From Octopus bimaculoides (Eukaryota), in NCBI RefSeq assembly GCF_001194135.2, contig NC_069004.1:147935-203836 (forward strand): a stretch of 55,902 nucleotides of DNA, in the 5' to 3' direction. Each line of letters opens with the position of its first letter. Position 1 is the stretch's first letter. The notes under the pieces were generated by a model. It had not been told where the DNA came from and searched no databases. It saw only the letters and a list, made by a program, of their open reading frames with translations. This document shows positions 1-14,200 of this stretch, in pieces. Position numbers and translations under genes: made by a program.

Positions 1-106
1 TATATATATATATATGTATATAATGTAGGATATAGTTAATGTGTGACAGTCACAATAACCAAGGAAACAGCTTACCTTTTTTCTAAGATAACTGACCTTT
101 CCTGTG

Positions 107-139
<33 letters not shown>

Positions 140-407
140 TATAATGCCTATCATTCAACAGAGTGTAATGGATGCTTTTTGTGTGGCACTATCACCAGTG
201 CCTTTTACATGGCACTAGCACCAGTGCTTTTTATGTGGCATCAGTACCAACAGGGTCACCGAGTATCTTGCAAGACAAAAGAAACCCTTAACTCGGCCGT
301 GGGAAGTAGTATTGAGGAGGTGTGGATTTGTGCCATTTGAGAGACTTAAGGTATAGAAGGGACAAATATGCCTTCCTGAAAGGTAAATATATGAAGACCC
401 CCCAGCT

Positions 408-845
408 CATCATCATCATCATCATCATTACTTAATGTCTGTTTCCCATGCTGGTATGGGTTGGACAGTTTGACAGGAGTTAGCCAGCTGAAGAGCTGCA
501 CAGGCTTCATGTCTGTTTGGAATGGTTTTTATGGCTGGATGCTCTTCTTAATGCCAACCACTTTACAGAGTGTACTGGGTGCTTTTATGTAGCACCGGCA
601 TGGGTGCTGCTCTTATGGGGCACCAACACAGGTGTTGCTTTTTATGTGGTATCACCACCAATGAGCCTGCAAGATTAAGATTGCTCAGCTGAAGAGGGAT
701 GCAGGGACACAAGGCCTGTATGCAAGGACAGCCATAATTTTACTTAGCTTGATATGTCTTCTCAAGCACAGCAAACTGCCAGAAGTTTCGATCCTTTGTC
801 ATCTGTGAGGCCTAACATCTGAAGATCCTTTCTCACCACTTTGTC
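408..845 (-). mobile_element. RTE-clade LINE 3' end (decayed ORF C-terminus, 3' UTR, (GAT)n tail)
   Basis: Reverse complement reads VRKDLQMLGLT..., homologous to [11 protein letters not shown] of the 10210 copy; ends ccaacccataccagcatgggaaacagacattaa plus (TGA)n. Confidence 0.7.
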
Positions 846-1645
846 TCCTTGTGTCTTCCTAACCCTAACCCCTTTTACAATTAGAGATTGACATACGTGA
901 TGGCTGTCCACTTGTGGCCAAGCAAGACCATCACTGATCATTGCCCATGCATGAGATTATTGCACCAACAGGTAGTTTTACCCAAGTTTTCCCCTACAGC
1001 TTCCATGCTTGCTGTGGTGCCCTCCTACATGACTAGATATCACACAGATACCTCACTGATGATTGCACAACCTAAAATTTAGGTCCAATAAAGTTTGCAC
1101 AACACTTCATAGATCCTCTCCCCCCTACTGATATGATCCAGAGACAAGCCAGAGCAAGATATCCAGTGCCAATACGGGTCTCATGTTCGGGATTGCCATA
1201 ATCTCAACTGCAGACAAAAGATCAGCAAAATGTTCAATGCCATTCCTACATATCAGATTTTGTATCAGATTAACCTTTTCCTGGAGACATTCCTTAACAA
1301 AAGCTAAGGGGCACCTCATTCCCAGGGGTCTTCCAGCATGCCAGACACCAACCTGAAATTTTTGAAAGCCTACCATATTGCTAGATCGTCATTGAACCTA
1401 TCTTTTTGACAGGTCTTGTTTTCAGTCCTACTAAGTTTCTAGCAACCCTCTTCATCAGGCTAACCTAGTGGAGAAGGGGCCACTTTAGATGACAACAACC
1501 CCAACATGCAACAAGTTGTATCAGATTTCATATTGCCAATAACACTCTTCAGAGACCTCATAAGTGATCTGACATGATGGCTGTCCACTCGTGACCAAGG
1601 AGAACCGTTATTGACCTTTAGGAACATTGTGCACTCAAGACTGCA

Positions 1646-1760
1646 TTATACTTTACACTTGCAGCTCCGTTGGTGACTAAAGAGCCCTGCTCTTGACAAA
1701 CATACATGACAGCAAACATTGCAAACCAAGCTTTCCCCATTCAATACACTAGCAGTTCTA
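1646..1760 (-). mobile_element. Possible RTE-type LINE ORF C-terminal zinc-finger remnant
   Basis: ORF end LVCNVCCHVCLSRAGLFSHQRSC* resembles the CxxC-x3-SRxGLxSHxR terminal finger of RTE/BovB-like elements. Confidence 0.45.
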
Positions 1761-3189
1761 TGGGGAGGAGTTAAGAGATGAAGAGGCAGCATGTTGTGTG
1801 CATAAGAGATCACCTGTGTAAAGAGATGGGTAGAAGGGAAGGTGTATGCGTGGTTTCGGTACAGGTCTTTAGCTGGGGCTGAGTGGGTGTGGTGAAGGTG
1901 AGAGTGAGATAAAATAGCGGGATGGGGGAAGAACGGTGGAGAAAACGATGTGATGGATAAAAGAAAATAAAATAAGTTCAGAGAAAAAGTTACAAAGTCG
2001 ACAAAAAGTGGAGAAATACAAAGGCTAGATATGATATCCGAAAAATAAGTTGAGCTTGAAAGAGTATGTAAAAAGGCAAAGAGGAACAAACTTGGTTAAA
2101 AATATATACAAAGCACTTAGAATGATTAATGCAAATGGGAAGAGTTGATTTTAAGTTGCAAAACTAGGGATTTGTGATATTAAAGATATATTTTTTTCCT
2201 GCAATTTGTCCCTGGTCCCCAGAAGTTTCCCCACACTTAACATAGAAGCTCTTTCGTTTAGTCAAGCGTCCGGCCTCCTTCTTCAATCGCCTCTCAAGAA
2301 TAATTCACAGATCGACAGATTTTTCTCCATACAGTTTTTCACTCCTTTACCACACAAACCTTCTCCTTCCTTTCATCACAATTCAAACGACTACTGTAAA
2401 TACCTGGTTATGAAACAACAGGTTTTAAACGGCCGTCTTTTATTTTACTGTGGGAACCAGATATTAAAAGAGTAAATGAAAAATAATGAGACCAACGAAC
2501 GAACTGGAAAAGCAAGGAATCCTACGGCCTTTCTATTAGAGACTAACCACATAATGACACAGAAAGCAAAACAGCTTTAGGCCAAATATTAAAAAAATAT
2601 ATCACTAATGACTAAATAAATTAAAGATTAAGATTGTTCATTTAAATATTGATGATAATAACATTCTTCCCCACCGTCTTTAAAATATATTTATTATATT
2701 TTTTGCGTATAAGCTTCGTTATTTAGTATTAATTATTTTCTTGCATTGATGATACGTTATGTTGGGAAAAGATTCTTTCTGAAGTTTGATTTTGAAAGAT
2801 GAGTAGAGGTCGAAATCGATCATTCGTCTGAAAGGTTTATCAAGCTTATGATGACGACGTTGATTAGGCAGAGATTTGCATATTTCTATATGTATGTGGG
2901 TGTGGTTGTTTTCGGATACACACACACATACATAAAGACACGCATACATACATTATATATATATACATTTTATATATATACATTTATATATATACATTAT
3001 ATATATATATATATGTATATAATGTATGTAAATATATATATATATATATGAGTCGTGTGTGTATGTGTGTATGAGTACATGTGTATTTCCTTGGATTCTA
3101 GATCATCCATATGTGTGTGTACATAAATACATACAAACGAACGTACATATGAAGTACAGACACACACACACATCTACAGTGCATTTGCA

Positions 3190-3411
3190 ATTTAAACCAA
3201 TGATAGGCGCGGATAATATTTGGTGCGTTATTCAATGGCAAGCCCGCAGCGAGGGACGTAGCAGTGGTGTTACGTCAGCACTCGACGAACGTACACACAC
3301 ACACACACGCACACGCACACAACTCTCTCTCCCTGTCTCTATACATACACACACACACACGTACATACATACATATATACACGTACACACATACACACAC
3401 GCACCAACGAG
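3190..3411 (+). promoter_or_regulatory. Probable ArfGAP2/3 proximal promoter / 5' UTR
   Basis: Locally CpG-rich patch just upstream of the ATG; CCAAT at 3197-3201 and a CRE/ATF-like TTACGTCA at 3270-3277; (CA)n tracts before the ATG. The TSS cannot be determined from sequence. Confidence 0.45.
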
Positions 3412-3483
3412 ATGGCGGAGCAACCGTCTAAGACAGATATTTCGGCTGTCTTCAAGCGACTTAAATCTATTCCATGTAACAAG
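3412..3483 (+). CDS. ARFGAP2: ArfGAP2/3 exon 1 ([24 protein letters not shown]), phase 0
   Basis: ATG in a good context (gagATGg); resembles the ARFGAP2 N-terminus [24 protein letters not shown]; donor aag|gtaaaa. Confidence 0.93.
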
Positions 3484-5158
3484 GTAAAAACCCAGATTAT
3501 AAGCTTCTCTTTTCTTCTTCTCTATCCGCTGACATTTCCTATCTTTTATTTTATTCTCTCCCACCATTCTACACAACAGTCCTATGATGCCTGCCTTTTG
3601 CTTACATATGTATATATCTTATATGTATCTTATATCTTTTATATTATATTCGTGGCTACTGTCAATCCAAGCTGTCCGAATTTCTGTTTCGACTTCCCTT
3701 CTTTCGTACCTTTCCTCCAGCTGTTGTCAGTTTATTCTGGATTTCTATATAATAATAATAATGATGATAATAATGATAATAATAATGATTTCTTTTGCTT
3801 TGACACCTTGATGTGTCAATCAGTTTTCATAGATTGAAAGAATTATACAAATAAAACGAGATATGAAATATCAACCCAGATGTGATTTGAACTTCAGACC
3901 AGAAGTAGTGGAGAAATGGGTCTTAGAATCATAAGAATGTTTTCTACTATATAAAGAAGGCCTGAAATGTTGGAGTAGGGTCCAGTCAATGACATCGACC
4001 CCCAGTGCTCACCTTATTTTATCGAACCCTAAAATATGACAGTTGACTTCGGTAGGATTTGAACCCCAGAACACAATGTTTATTGTAATAATAATTATTG
4101 TTATTCTGGAATTTGTGAGAGTGGGGGGTTGCATCGACCTCAGTATGTGACTGGTACATAATTTTATTGATACCTTCGCTTGGAGTATAATTGATTCAGT
4201 CGGTCCTGGTATATAATTGCTTCTTAATTCAACAACCGATCGTCAGAAAAGATTAAAAAAACAAAAAACCGAATCTGAATTTGAACACAAAATGTTGAGA
4301 AGGAGTTCAGTCGTCCAGTAAATATTGATAAGGTTTTCTTTTCATGTATCACAAATGCCAAATTTTTCGAAGGTTTGTTGTGAGTTGAGGGGAGGAAAAT
4401 GGTTGAAAAGGACATCAGTGTCTTCTCTCCTGTTTACAGAGTATCAAACGAGAGAAGGCTTTTATGTGGTCGCTCGATATGCTAGAAATAGTAGTCAAAT
4501 CTCCCTTAAAAATCACATCCTAGGGTCTTAAAATAAAGAAAGCACAGCTGGATAATGTTATCCTTGGTGTGCTACTGAAAAGACGGTGGAATTCCTTCCA
4601 TCACAGATCTGCTTGGTTAAGTTTTGAACTGGGCAACACAGCAACGACTGTGAACGATTGGTTTGCCTTATATATATATATATATATAAAGAGCAACACA
4701 CACACACACACACACACATGAACTGTTTACAATTATCATAACTTAATAGGATGGGATAAGTAAGGGATGGTTAGGAAAATACGAGTAAATAAACTACATC
4801 TAAAAACAAATCTTCATACCGTTATCTCCTATCGAGATTCAAGGTAAGAAAACAGTGGAAAATACACCATTTATTTTGCAAACTGTTTAAAAAGCACTGA
4901 CCAAGCTTTGCAGGATTCAATTATTGTTATTATAAAACTCAAACCTAGCTTGACTTGATCTTCTTCTATACAGGTTCTTGAATGTTGTTTTCTCTCCTTA
5001 TTAAATATACATTTTATAGCTGTTCATCTCTATACTTGAACAATTATTGGATTGGTGGTGGTGTTTATGGCTACGATTAACCTATTCTGAAAAATTCTAT
5101 TTCATGTGTGTGTGAATTTATATACGGCAAAACTCAATGCGTAAATCAAGTCTGTGTG

Positions 5159-5217
<59 letters not shown>

Positions 5218-8200
5218 CTTTTATTTAAAGCACTAAATTCAAGATCCTAGTGTTTCGTCCAAAGGAGCTTGTCAATTTGACAAGTACCCAGGATTTGAGA
5301 AACTAATTGACAACTAATGAAAATATTTTATAGACATGCAATATATATATATATATATATTGCGTGTGTGTGGTTGCCATTAATTTTGCTCAATTTGGGA
5401 CGGAGCCGATAATATATTATTAAATGATACAACAAAATATTGGACCCACTAATTTGAGTACCAATACTGTTTGATAACATTGCTCGTGTCCCAGTCGAAA
5501 CCTATTATAATAAATTAGACAGTGTTTTTTGTATCGAATTTCGCCATACACTGATATTTTGTTCTCAAAATTCTTTCAAAATAACAACCCCATCAAAATT
5601 AAAACTTTGTAATTTATCAGGCATTGTTTGGATTCAGCTCCACCTTTCCATCCCCTCCTCACCTTCCTGCTCTGTCCGTTTTTATTGTAACCACTTGTCT
5701 TCTGTTTTATTCTTCTAACCTCTCGTATTTATTTATTTATTTATTTCCGTCTCTCCTACTGATGACTTGGCACTATGAGTGAATGCGTGTGGTGGGAAAC
5801 TATAAATCATTCTCAACAGCTGTGCAATAGGTTTTATTGTGTGGCTTCGTTAAAACACTAATCGCCACCGAAAGCTCAACACCTCCGGCTATTTACGGGG
5901 CATTACGCAATCGTTGACCTGTTAGATATAACAGCCAAACCGCCCTCAAATCCAACCCTATTATCTCCATAATTATAATAATCCTTTCTATTATAGACAC
6001 AAGGGCCGAAATTGTGAGTGAGGGGCCTAGTCGATTACTTCGATCCCACTGATACTTAATTTATCGATCCCGAAAGGATGAAAGGCAAAATCTACCTCGG
6101 CGGAATTTGAACTCAGAACGTAAAGACGGACGAAATGCCGCCAAGCATTTCGTCCGGCGTGCTAACGATTCTGCCAGCTCGCCGCCTCAATAATATTAAT
6201 AATAATAATAATAATTATTATTATTATTATATTAATTCAAAATATGGAGAGGTCGTATTGTAGTCTAGATGAAAAAGAAAAAAAGATGATTACGGCCAGA
6301 ACTCCGTTGATTATAAATAAGTCAGCTCCGTCAGGAAAAGGATAAATAGAATTTTCCTTTTCCTCTTAATTTTTTCCCCCTAATTTTAGTCCTGTGTAGC
6401 CAAGTAGTGGTGAGTGTTTAATTTGACGCTCTACCAATTAACTCATAAACATGAGCTTTCTCGGGGAAGGGCACCGTTTGAGGTATTGTTTATTCAATTT
6501 AACCCCCAAGTATTATATGTCTAGTGGTATTTAGCTTGGAAGGTTAACGTGATCTCTTTGATCTCCCAGAAATCATCACCAGAGTTTCCCTGAAATTACA
6601 TCCGAGCATCTTAAAACAAGGACGCAAACTGATGATGTAAAGCCCTAAAAAGGACTTCGCACACCTGCACGCGCGCGGGTGACACTGCTGGAAAGGTGTT
6701 TGATTAGAGATTTACCTGTCTGGATCTCACCACCACCGGCCCTTGTTTTATCGACCCCTGGTGGGACTTGAGCAGAAAAATGCAGGAAGGGCAGAAATGA
6801 AAACTGTAATGCTTTGGTTTTCTAACCCTGTCTGCCCCTGTTAATATTTTTGTGCGGGTTTGAAAAGAATATTTCACAGTGTAAACATGGCTGGATATCG
6901 AAATAGAAGTTCGTTTCATATTATTTCATTTAGTATCCTCGACTGATTTATCAATCTCTCTCTCTCTCTCTCTCTCTCTGCATGTCACATGATCCATTTA
7001 TTCCATGCAGTGAGTTTTCATTATATTCCAAATGACGGAATTGATTTTTCTCTCTATTTTCTCAATCGTCAGTAAACATATCACCTACATTTTCGATTAC
7101 TAGCTTCGATTATACAATTCTTGCCAGATCTCACACTTCTACCTTACTGTTGTTGTTTAACCCCGATCGGCTCTGCTCAAACAAGCCTACGATCAAAAGC
7201 ATTTCAACCATAATCAAGTCTGGGTTTATATTTTTGTAGATGGATATAAATATAGGTGTATCATGAATAAGACTACCCAGAGTGTCCCTTTTCTTAGACT
7301 CTGTGTTGTTATATTCGAAGTGACAAATTCAGTGGTTTGATGTGTTTAGTTACCTCCCATTTACTGTGTGTCAGCATTGAAAATAAGGATTTTCCGGAAT
7401 CGGTAGCGCCATCTTTAGAGAGTAATGTTTACAATATAAATATTGGTTTCATATTTTTGGTTCAAGGCCAGCGATTTCGAGGAAGGGGTTAGTCGACTAA
7501 ATCGTCTCCAGTACTCAAATGGTACTTATTTTATCGTCCCCGATAGAATGAAAAGCAAAGTCGACCTTGACGGAATTTGAACTCTGAGCGTAATTAGCGA
7601 GGAAATAATGCTAAGCATTTTGTTCCACGTACTAATTATTCTGCCAGCTCGCCGCTTTATTTACAATATAAATATTAGACGGTAGGTTAGCGGAATCAGT
7701 AAATATCAAACAAAACGCCTTATAGTATTTGGCTGTCTTTTTACGAACTGAGTTCAAATGAGGAGGCCTGTAGTTTGTTGCTAGAAATCAAACCGGGACT
7801 TGACTAACTCCGGCTGAGTCAGCTGGGCGAGAGAGTCTGATGGTGAACATCACTAATGATGCGTCCCAGAGCTTCTATAAGATGTACTTTGGGATCCGAT
7901 ATAATCAAAAACAACCATTATCCTGTCATCTCATTCTTGGTCTACCCCTACGTCTCCTGCCACTTGGCTCAGCTTGAAGAATCTTGCAATCCTTTCCTGT
8001 AACATTTTAACCACATCTCCATTGTACAGCAGCAAATAGACAACATATTTTTTAGGACGTAAGACACTTAATGAACTCTATCAATTTCCCCATTCTTTGA
8101 AAAGCAATAAAAATTGACATAGAAAACACTCGCCTCCTCGCTGCTGTCAGTATTTAAGATCAACACGATGTTCTTCTACTGACATTAACACAAAGAGAAT

Positions 8201-11200
8201 ATCCCGGTGTGCTATTTTTTTTTTCCTCTGCACCCTTCCTCAAAGTGAATTTTTATATCCTATTACAGACCAACAAAGCATTCAGAATATTTTTGATTAA
8301 ACCTCAAGGCAAAATAATGACTGTGTGAAGAAAGTGCAATCCTTTAATGTAAATGTATATTCTGATAAAATATCTAACAATATTGAAAAGAGAATTGTCT
8401 TGTCTCAATTTGTTTCACTGAACAGTTGTTTAAAGAAGTGCCCTAGCAATGCCACGGTTCAATAACTGAAACCAGTAAAATAGAAAAGAGAGACATTCAC
8501 ACCAAATTGTGTCATCCACATACGAGAAGGTTGTTGCAGTTTATAATAGAAAAAAAAAAAGTTTTGTATTTCTCTTAAATCTGTTAGGATTATTGGATAT
8601 GTTCTGAACCAAAACCTAAATCCAGTTTTTCTCACGCTATAGAATGCATTTCATTGGATTTCATTCAACCTAACTAGTCACACTATCTCTAAACAAATAC
8701 ATCTTCAGTAGCAGTTGATGAACATTCACTTTTGTCCTTTTGATTTCCCTTGTGCTGTTATTATCTCTCAAATCATTATCTCAAAAAGATATTTTTCTTG
8801 TTAGAACTCCAGTGACACAGGAGCTTAATTCATGTTTACGTAAATGGATTGTTTTTTTGTTTTTTGAACAAGGGATTATGCACAGAAGAATTAACCCTCG
8901 AGGGAATGGGCAATGTGAACAAGCCTACTGGACAAAAGTTAGTATTGTTAGCTTTGAAGTCATAGACTCTTTCAGGATCTCACTGGGAAGATATTCTTTT
9001 TGGAATTTTCCTTCATTTAGTTTGGTTTCTGCTCTCAGCTGGTCGCCTTCCTTTAAATAAACATGTATGCACTTCAAAAGGTGATACTTTATTTGAAGAA
9101 ACTCAATTACTAGATTTTAAATGACAAGTTTATCTTTATTCAGAAAAATGATAATAAACACTGTCTCACTTATAATTCCTCGTATCCAAGTGAAACAGTT
9201 ACAGAGTGTGATTTTCTTAATTGCTGATTCAGTTCTACATCTTAGTATCATCGCTCAGGGTACTCAGCTTCCTTCCATGATACCATTTCTCAAACAGTAG
9301 ACATCTTGGTTTAACTGAAATGAAACGATGATTGTAATGATGGCAATAATTATTTCCGATTCTAGCACACAACCAGAAATTTTTAGTGGGGTGGGTTAGT
9401 TTGATACCATCAACCCCAGTACATGATTAGTACTTTATTTTGTCAACCTTTGAGGTATGAAAGGGTTAGTTAACATCAGCAGGATTTGAACTCAGAATGT
9501 AAAGAGGCAGAACAGATATCACAAGCCATCTTCTCTCACAGAATATTGAAAATGAGTGACACTGTTTCTTTGATAGTGACACTCACTTCTGTCAACACAA
9601 TGTCACTACTGTCAACACAATGTCAATACTGTCAACACAATGTCAATACAGGCTTTATTCAACACAATGCTATAAGAGAAGACAGTTAACTAAGGTGCCA
9701 CACTGTGGGACTGAACTTGAAACCATGTGGCTTGGAAGCAAAATAGTTAAAGAAAAAAGAAACGCCATTCAAAGTAGACCTCACACATGGTTCCAGCAAG
9801 ATGGGGCAACTGTTTATACCACAAGAGAAACAATGCAGTTGCTACGGCAGTGCATTGGAGAGAGAATAATCTCCCGCTACGGCAATGTCAACTGGCCTTC
9901 ATGTTCCCCAGACTTGACTCGTCTGGATTTTTTTCTTGTGGGGATACCTGGAAGAGAGAGTTTATGTCAACAAATTGGAGACATTGGTGCAACTGAAAGA
10001 GAACATCAATAGAAAAATCAGGGAAGTGGGGTCTGAAACTCTTGAGGGTTTTATGGTGCAAGTTTTGGAAAGAGCACGGGTATGTGAAGCGGAAAATGAC
10101 TGCCATTTAAGCAATGTCATTTTTCTTATGTAATGTAGAGGTGTTGCAAAATTTGACTTGTGCATATTAATTTCCATTATGTGCTTTATATTGTATCAAA
10201 ATTTCATGCATTTAGAAACATGGGCTGTAACTGCTGAGGACATACGTAAGCTCGCAAGGAATGAAGCCAGTATGCTCCGTTGGATGTGTAATGTCAATGT
10301 GAATACCCGTCAGAGTGTAAGTATCTTGAGAGAAAAGCTGAACATTAGAAGCATCAGTTGTGGTGTGCAAGAGAGACGATTGCGCTGGTATGGACATGTG
10401 GTGAGAATGGAGGAGGATAGCTGCGTGAAAAAGTGCCACACCCTAACAGTTGAAGGAACCCGTGGAAGAGGTAGGCCCAGGAAGACCTGGGCTGAGGTGG
10501 TGAGGCAAGACCTTCGTACATTGGGCCTCACCGAGGCGATGACTACGGACCGAGACCTTTGGAAATGGGCTGTGCGTGAGANNNNNNNNNNNNNNNNNNN
10601 NNNNNNNNNNNNNNNNNNNNNNNNNNNNNNNNNNNNNNNNNNNNNNNNNNNNNNNNNNNNNNNNNNNNNNNNNNNNNNNNNNNGTGGCACATAAAAGACA
10701 CCATTTCGAGCGTGGCCGTTTTCGTGCGGGTGACACGTAAAAGCACCCACTACACTCTCTGAGTGGTTGGCGTTAGGAAGGGCATCCAGCTGTAGAAACT
10801 CTGCCAAATCCGACTGGAGCCTGGTGTTGCCATCCGGTTTCACCAGTCCTCAGTCAAATCGTCCAACCCATGCTAGCATGGAAAGCGGACGTTAAACGAT
10901 GATGATGAAGGAAGTTCTTAGAAATTGAAACCCATCAGTGACTTTTGGGACACCCTGTAAATATGTATATAATTTTGTGCTTTGTAGTCACTAACCTTCT
11001 CTCCCCAAATTTATAAATTTGGGTGAAGTATGTTTGTGATTATACAATATAGTAATTTTCATGTGTGTTTGTGTCAAAAAACCTGTTTATTTTTTTTTTC
11101 TCTACTTGCCATGTAACTCTATTTCATAGTATATGTGATTAAATATAAATTCAATAGGTATCTATTTGTCATATGAGTTTTTGAACACGTGTCTAGTGTT

Positions 11201-14200
11201 ACACCTATTATCAGTATTGTCTGTCATATTACGTCAATACAGGCATGTCTTTTAAATAGCACATGAATCTATAAATGTGGAGTAAATGTGTTTATTTCAT
11301 TTGTCAGTTTTTTCCACTCCTACAGGAGAGGCTACCTTTTGGTAACTGTCATGTAGCCCCAACACTGTTGTTCTTTGCCTCATGTCAACCCTGTTAGCAA
11401 ATTCATTCAAGGTATAGCCACATAATCACCAGACCCTAATTGTTAAAGGCACTGGTCTTTACTCCATTTGTAATTTGGGTCTCTACTTTCACCAAATGAC
11501 ATTTTACATATGCCCCTTCCACGTTTTGCCCCTCCCCCCCCCATATTATTTAAACTATAGAGAAAAGTTAATTTTGCTCATTGATTTATCCCCTTTCATG
11601 TTTTCTGCTCAATAATAACATAGTCTCCTACTCATTTGTTCATCTCTTGCCAATTGACTTTTTTAAATATACGACAGGCACAGATACGGGTGTGTGACAA
11701 GGAAGTTTGCTTCCTTACCAAATGGTTATGAATTCAGTTCTACCGTGTGGCACCTCAGACAACTGTTGTCTGCTATTGCCCCAGGCCAACCAAAGCCTCG
11801 TGAGAGGATGTGTTAGATGACAAGTTAAAAAAGCTAATCGTGTGTGTGTGTGTCCTTGTCTTAACATAGTGTGATAAGTGTAAACGAGTGTCACTGTCAT
11901 ATACGCAGTGTAATTCCTTTCTAATATTTTGTGAAAACATGTCTGGCCTTGGAGAAATGTTACCTTGTTTGGAAACAGGTGGTGGTTGGCAACAGGAAAG
12001 GCATCCACCTCATAAACCCCGTCTGACCCATAGGAAAGGAGACGGTGATGATGATGAAATATTGTACCTGTTTTAAATACTTATTTCTGACAAAAATCAC
12101 AACCACTCTAAACACCCAATGTTCTCCATACAGTGTCCTTCTACTAAATTCGCTCTCAATGTATTGGTGAGCCCAGGGCTATAGAAGATACTTGCTCAAG
12201 GTGCCACTCAGTGGGACTGAATCTAAAACCAATTGGTTGCAAATTGAGCTCCTTAATCACACAGCCATGCCTGCACCTGAACCAATATGCATCATGTGCA
12301 TTCATAGTTTACAGTGGAAATTCTGCTAATGAAGCATTACCACTTCCCAGATGGGTATGTCCCATCTTCTTTCCCATTAACTAAGCTTCTATTTCTATTA
12401 GGTTTACTTAAATCTAGTCTCTCACTTTACAATGTCATTCTAAAAGTAAATGATTGCATCATTGAAATCTAAAAGCCACAAAGATAATGAGGGATTAATC
12501 CAAAGCAATTTGAATAAATAATCATTACATTCAATCAAGTAATATGAATGTTAAAGGGTTGAGGCCTGCAATTTTAAGCTTTGTTTTCAAGTTTAGAATT
12601 TGCTCTCTAATTCTTGTTGTGTGGTGACAATCCAAATGAAGGGACACAGAAATAATCTTGGTTGGTGCTAGGGTTTGCAGTAAAACTACCAAAGAGTGAG
12701 GGACGCTGTTGAAGAGGGGCATTTTGAAGAAAATCTGCAGTTTCACATGATTGCAGGTCATCTTGATTCAGCCTTGTCATGAGGTACTAATAATCCTGGA
12801 GGCTCAGAGAGTGGTACTCATGCTGTACAAGCATTTATCACGGGAACTAATGATGTACAGATGACCTCATTTTTGGTGACCTCATTTGTCATTCCATCTC
12901 CTGAAAGTCGTATGGTAATGGAAGAGAGGTGATGTGTGCAGATCTAACCATTTTGGAGCACACAGTAAGGCTGCAACTTTCATCTGCCGCTAATACTTTG
13001 GCCCATGGGAGTGAATAGTCATCTGAGAAGTCATAGATGGAAAGTCAGAAATGCAATTGACAACAAGGAAGCACAAAGAGATGCCAATCATCAGTGGAGT
13101 CACTATGTTTGTGTGTATATATGTATGTATGTATATGGATGAATGTGTACATGAATATATATATTTGTATATCAATATGAATATGCATACCTTATTGCTT
13201 GTACCCCCCCCCCAATGGTTCCAGTACTGGAGACTTGCAGACAGTGGTGGCAGTAAGACTGCTCACCATCAGATAATTCATGATGAATAAAGGAAATTAC
13301 AAAGACTGATTCAACCAATCAGTGCAACTCCCCCCCCCCCNNNNNNNNNNNNNNNNNNNNNNNNNNNNNNNNNNNNNNNNNNNNNNNNNNNNNNNNNNNN
13401 NNNNNNNNTCTCACTCACACATAGAAAAAAACACATTCCTCTCCCTCTCTTCAATTAAGATAATATTGTCCTAACATAAATTTGGTTACTCTGCAGTTAT
13501 TATATATTTGTACATTTTTTCTTTTTTTTTTAATAACACTGGAAACTGCCTAGTTTTTAGTTTAGCTTTGCTTAACCTTCACCTGAGCATAGTTATTTTT
13601 AAACTGTCTACCTTGAACATTTTCAACAATATTATTCACAGATAAACTAAATTGTCACCAACTAACATTTGTTTATCCAGCTTTTCAAAACCATTTGACA
13701 GTATGCTGACCTCTTTTACCTACTTTTTGTTGTTGTCTTGTGGGGTTTTTTTTCACCCCCAACTTGCTTATTATAAATAAAACAATGAGAGAAAATTACT
13801 TGTTTGATTGGTATTCACTGCATTAAATATGTTAACTACTTGATCCTCCACACATATCTCAATTTAAAAAGAAAATTTTTGTTAATCTATATTTCAGAGT
13901 TAGCTCCCTTATCACTTTTAAGGAAAATTTTCATTAATATTGCAGAGATTTTGTTTTTCTCTTTATGACAGAAAGTGTCATAATGAGGAAGTGTTAGGCA
14001 GTTTGGTTTGTTGCCAGTGTTGCTTATTGTTTAGCTCTCTGGGTCAGCTTTGATTGAACAGACCCCGACATCCTACCCATTCCTATCTACTCATATTTTG
14101 AGACATTAGCATGCTTATCTAAGACAACCTAATGCGGTTTTTTTTTTTTTGTTGATTAAAAAAGAAGACAAAAAGCAATAGGAAGTGATTTGAAGTACAT

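Noticed and set aside
1125-1376. 83-aa minus-strand ORF as a reverse transcriptase fragment
   Set aside because: No diagnostic RT motif could be identified with confidence.
6100-6190. Hammerhead ribozyme (GGACGAAA word with stem)
   Set aside because: No CTGANGA core at the required position on either strand.
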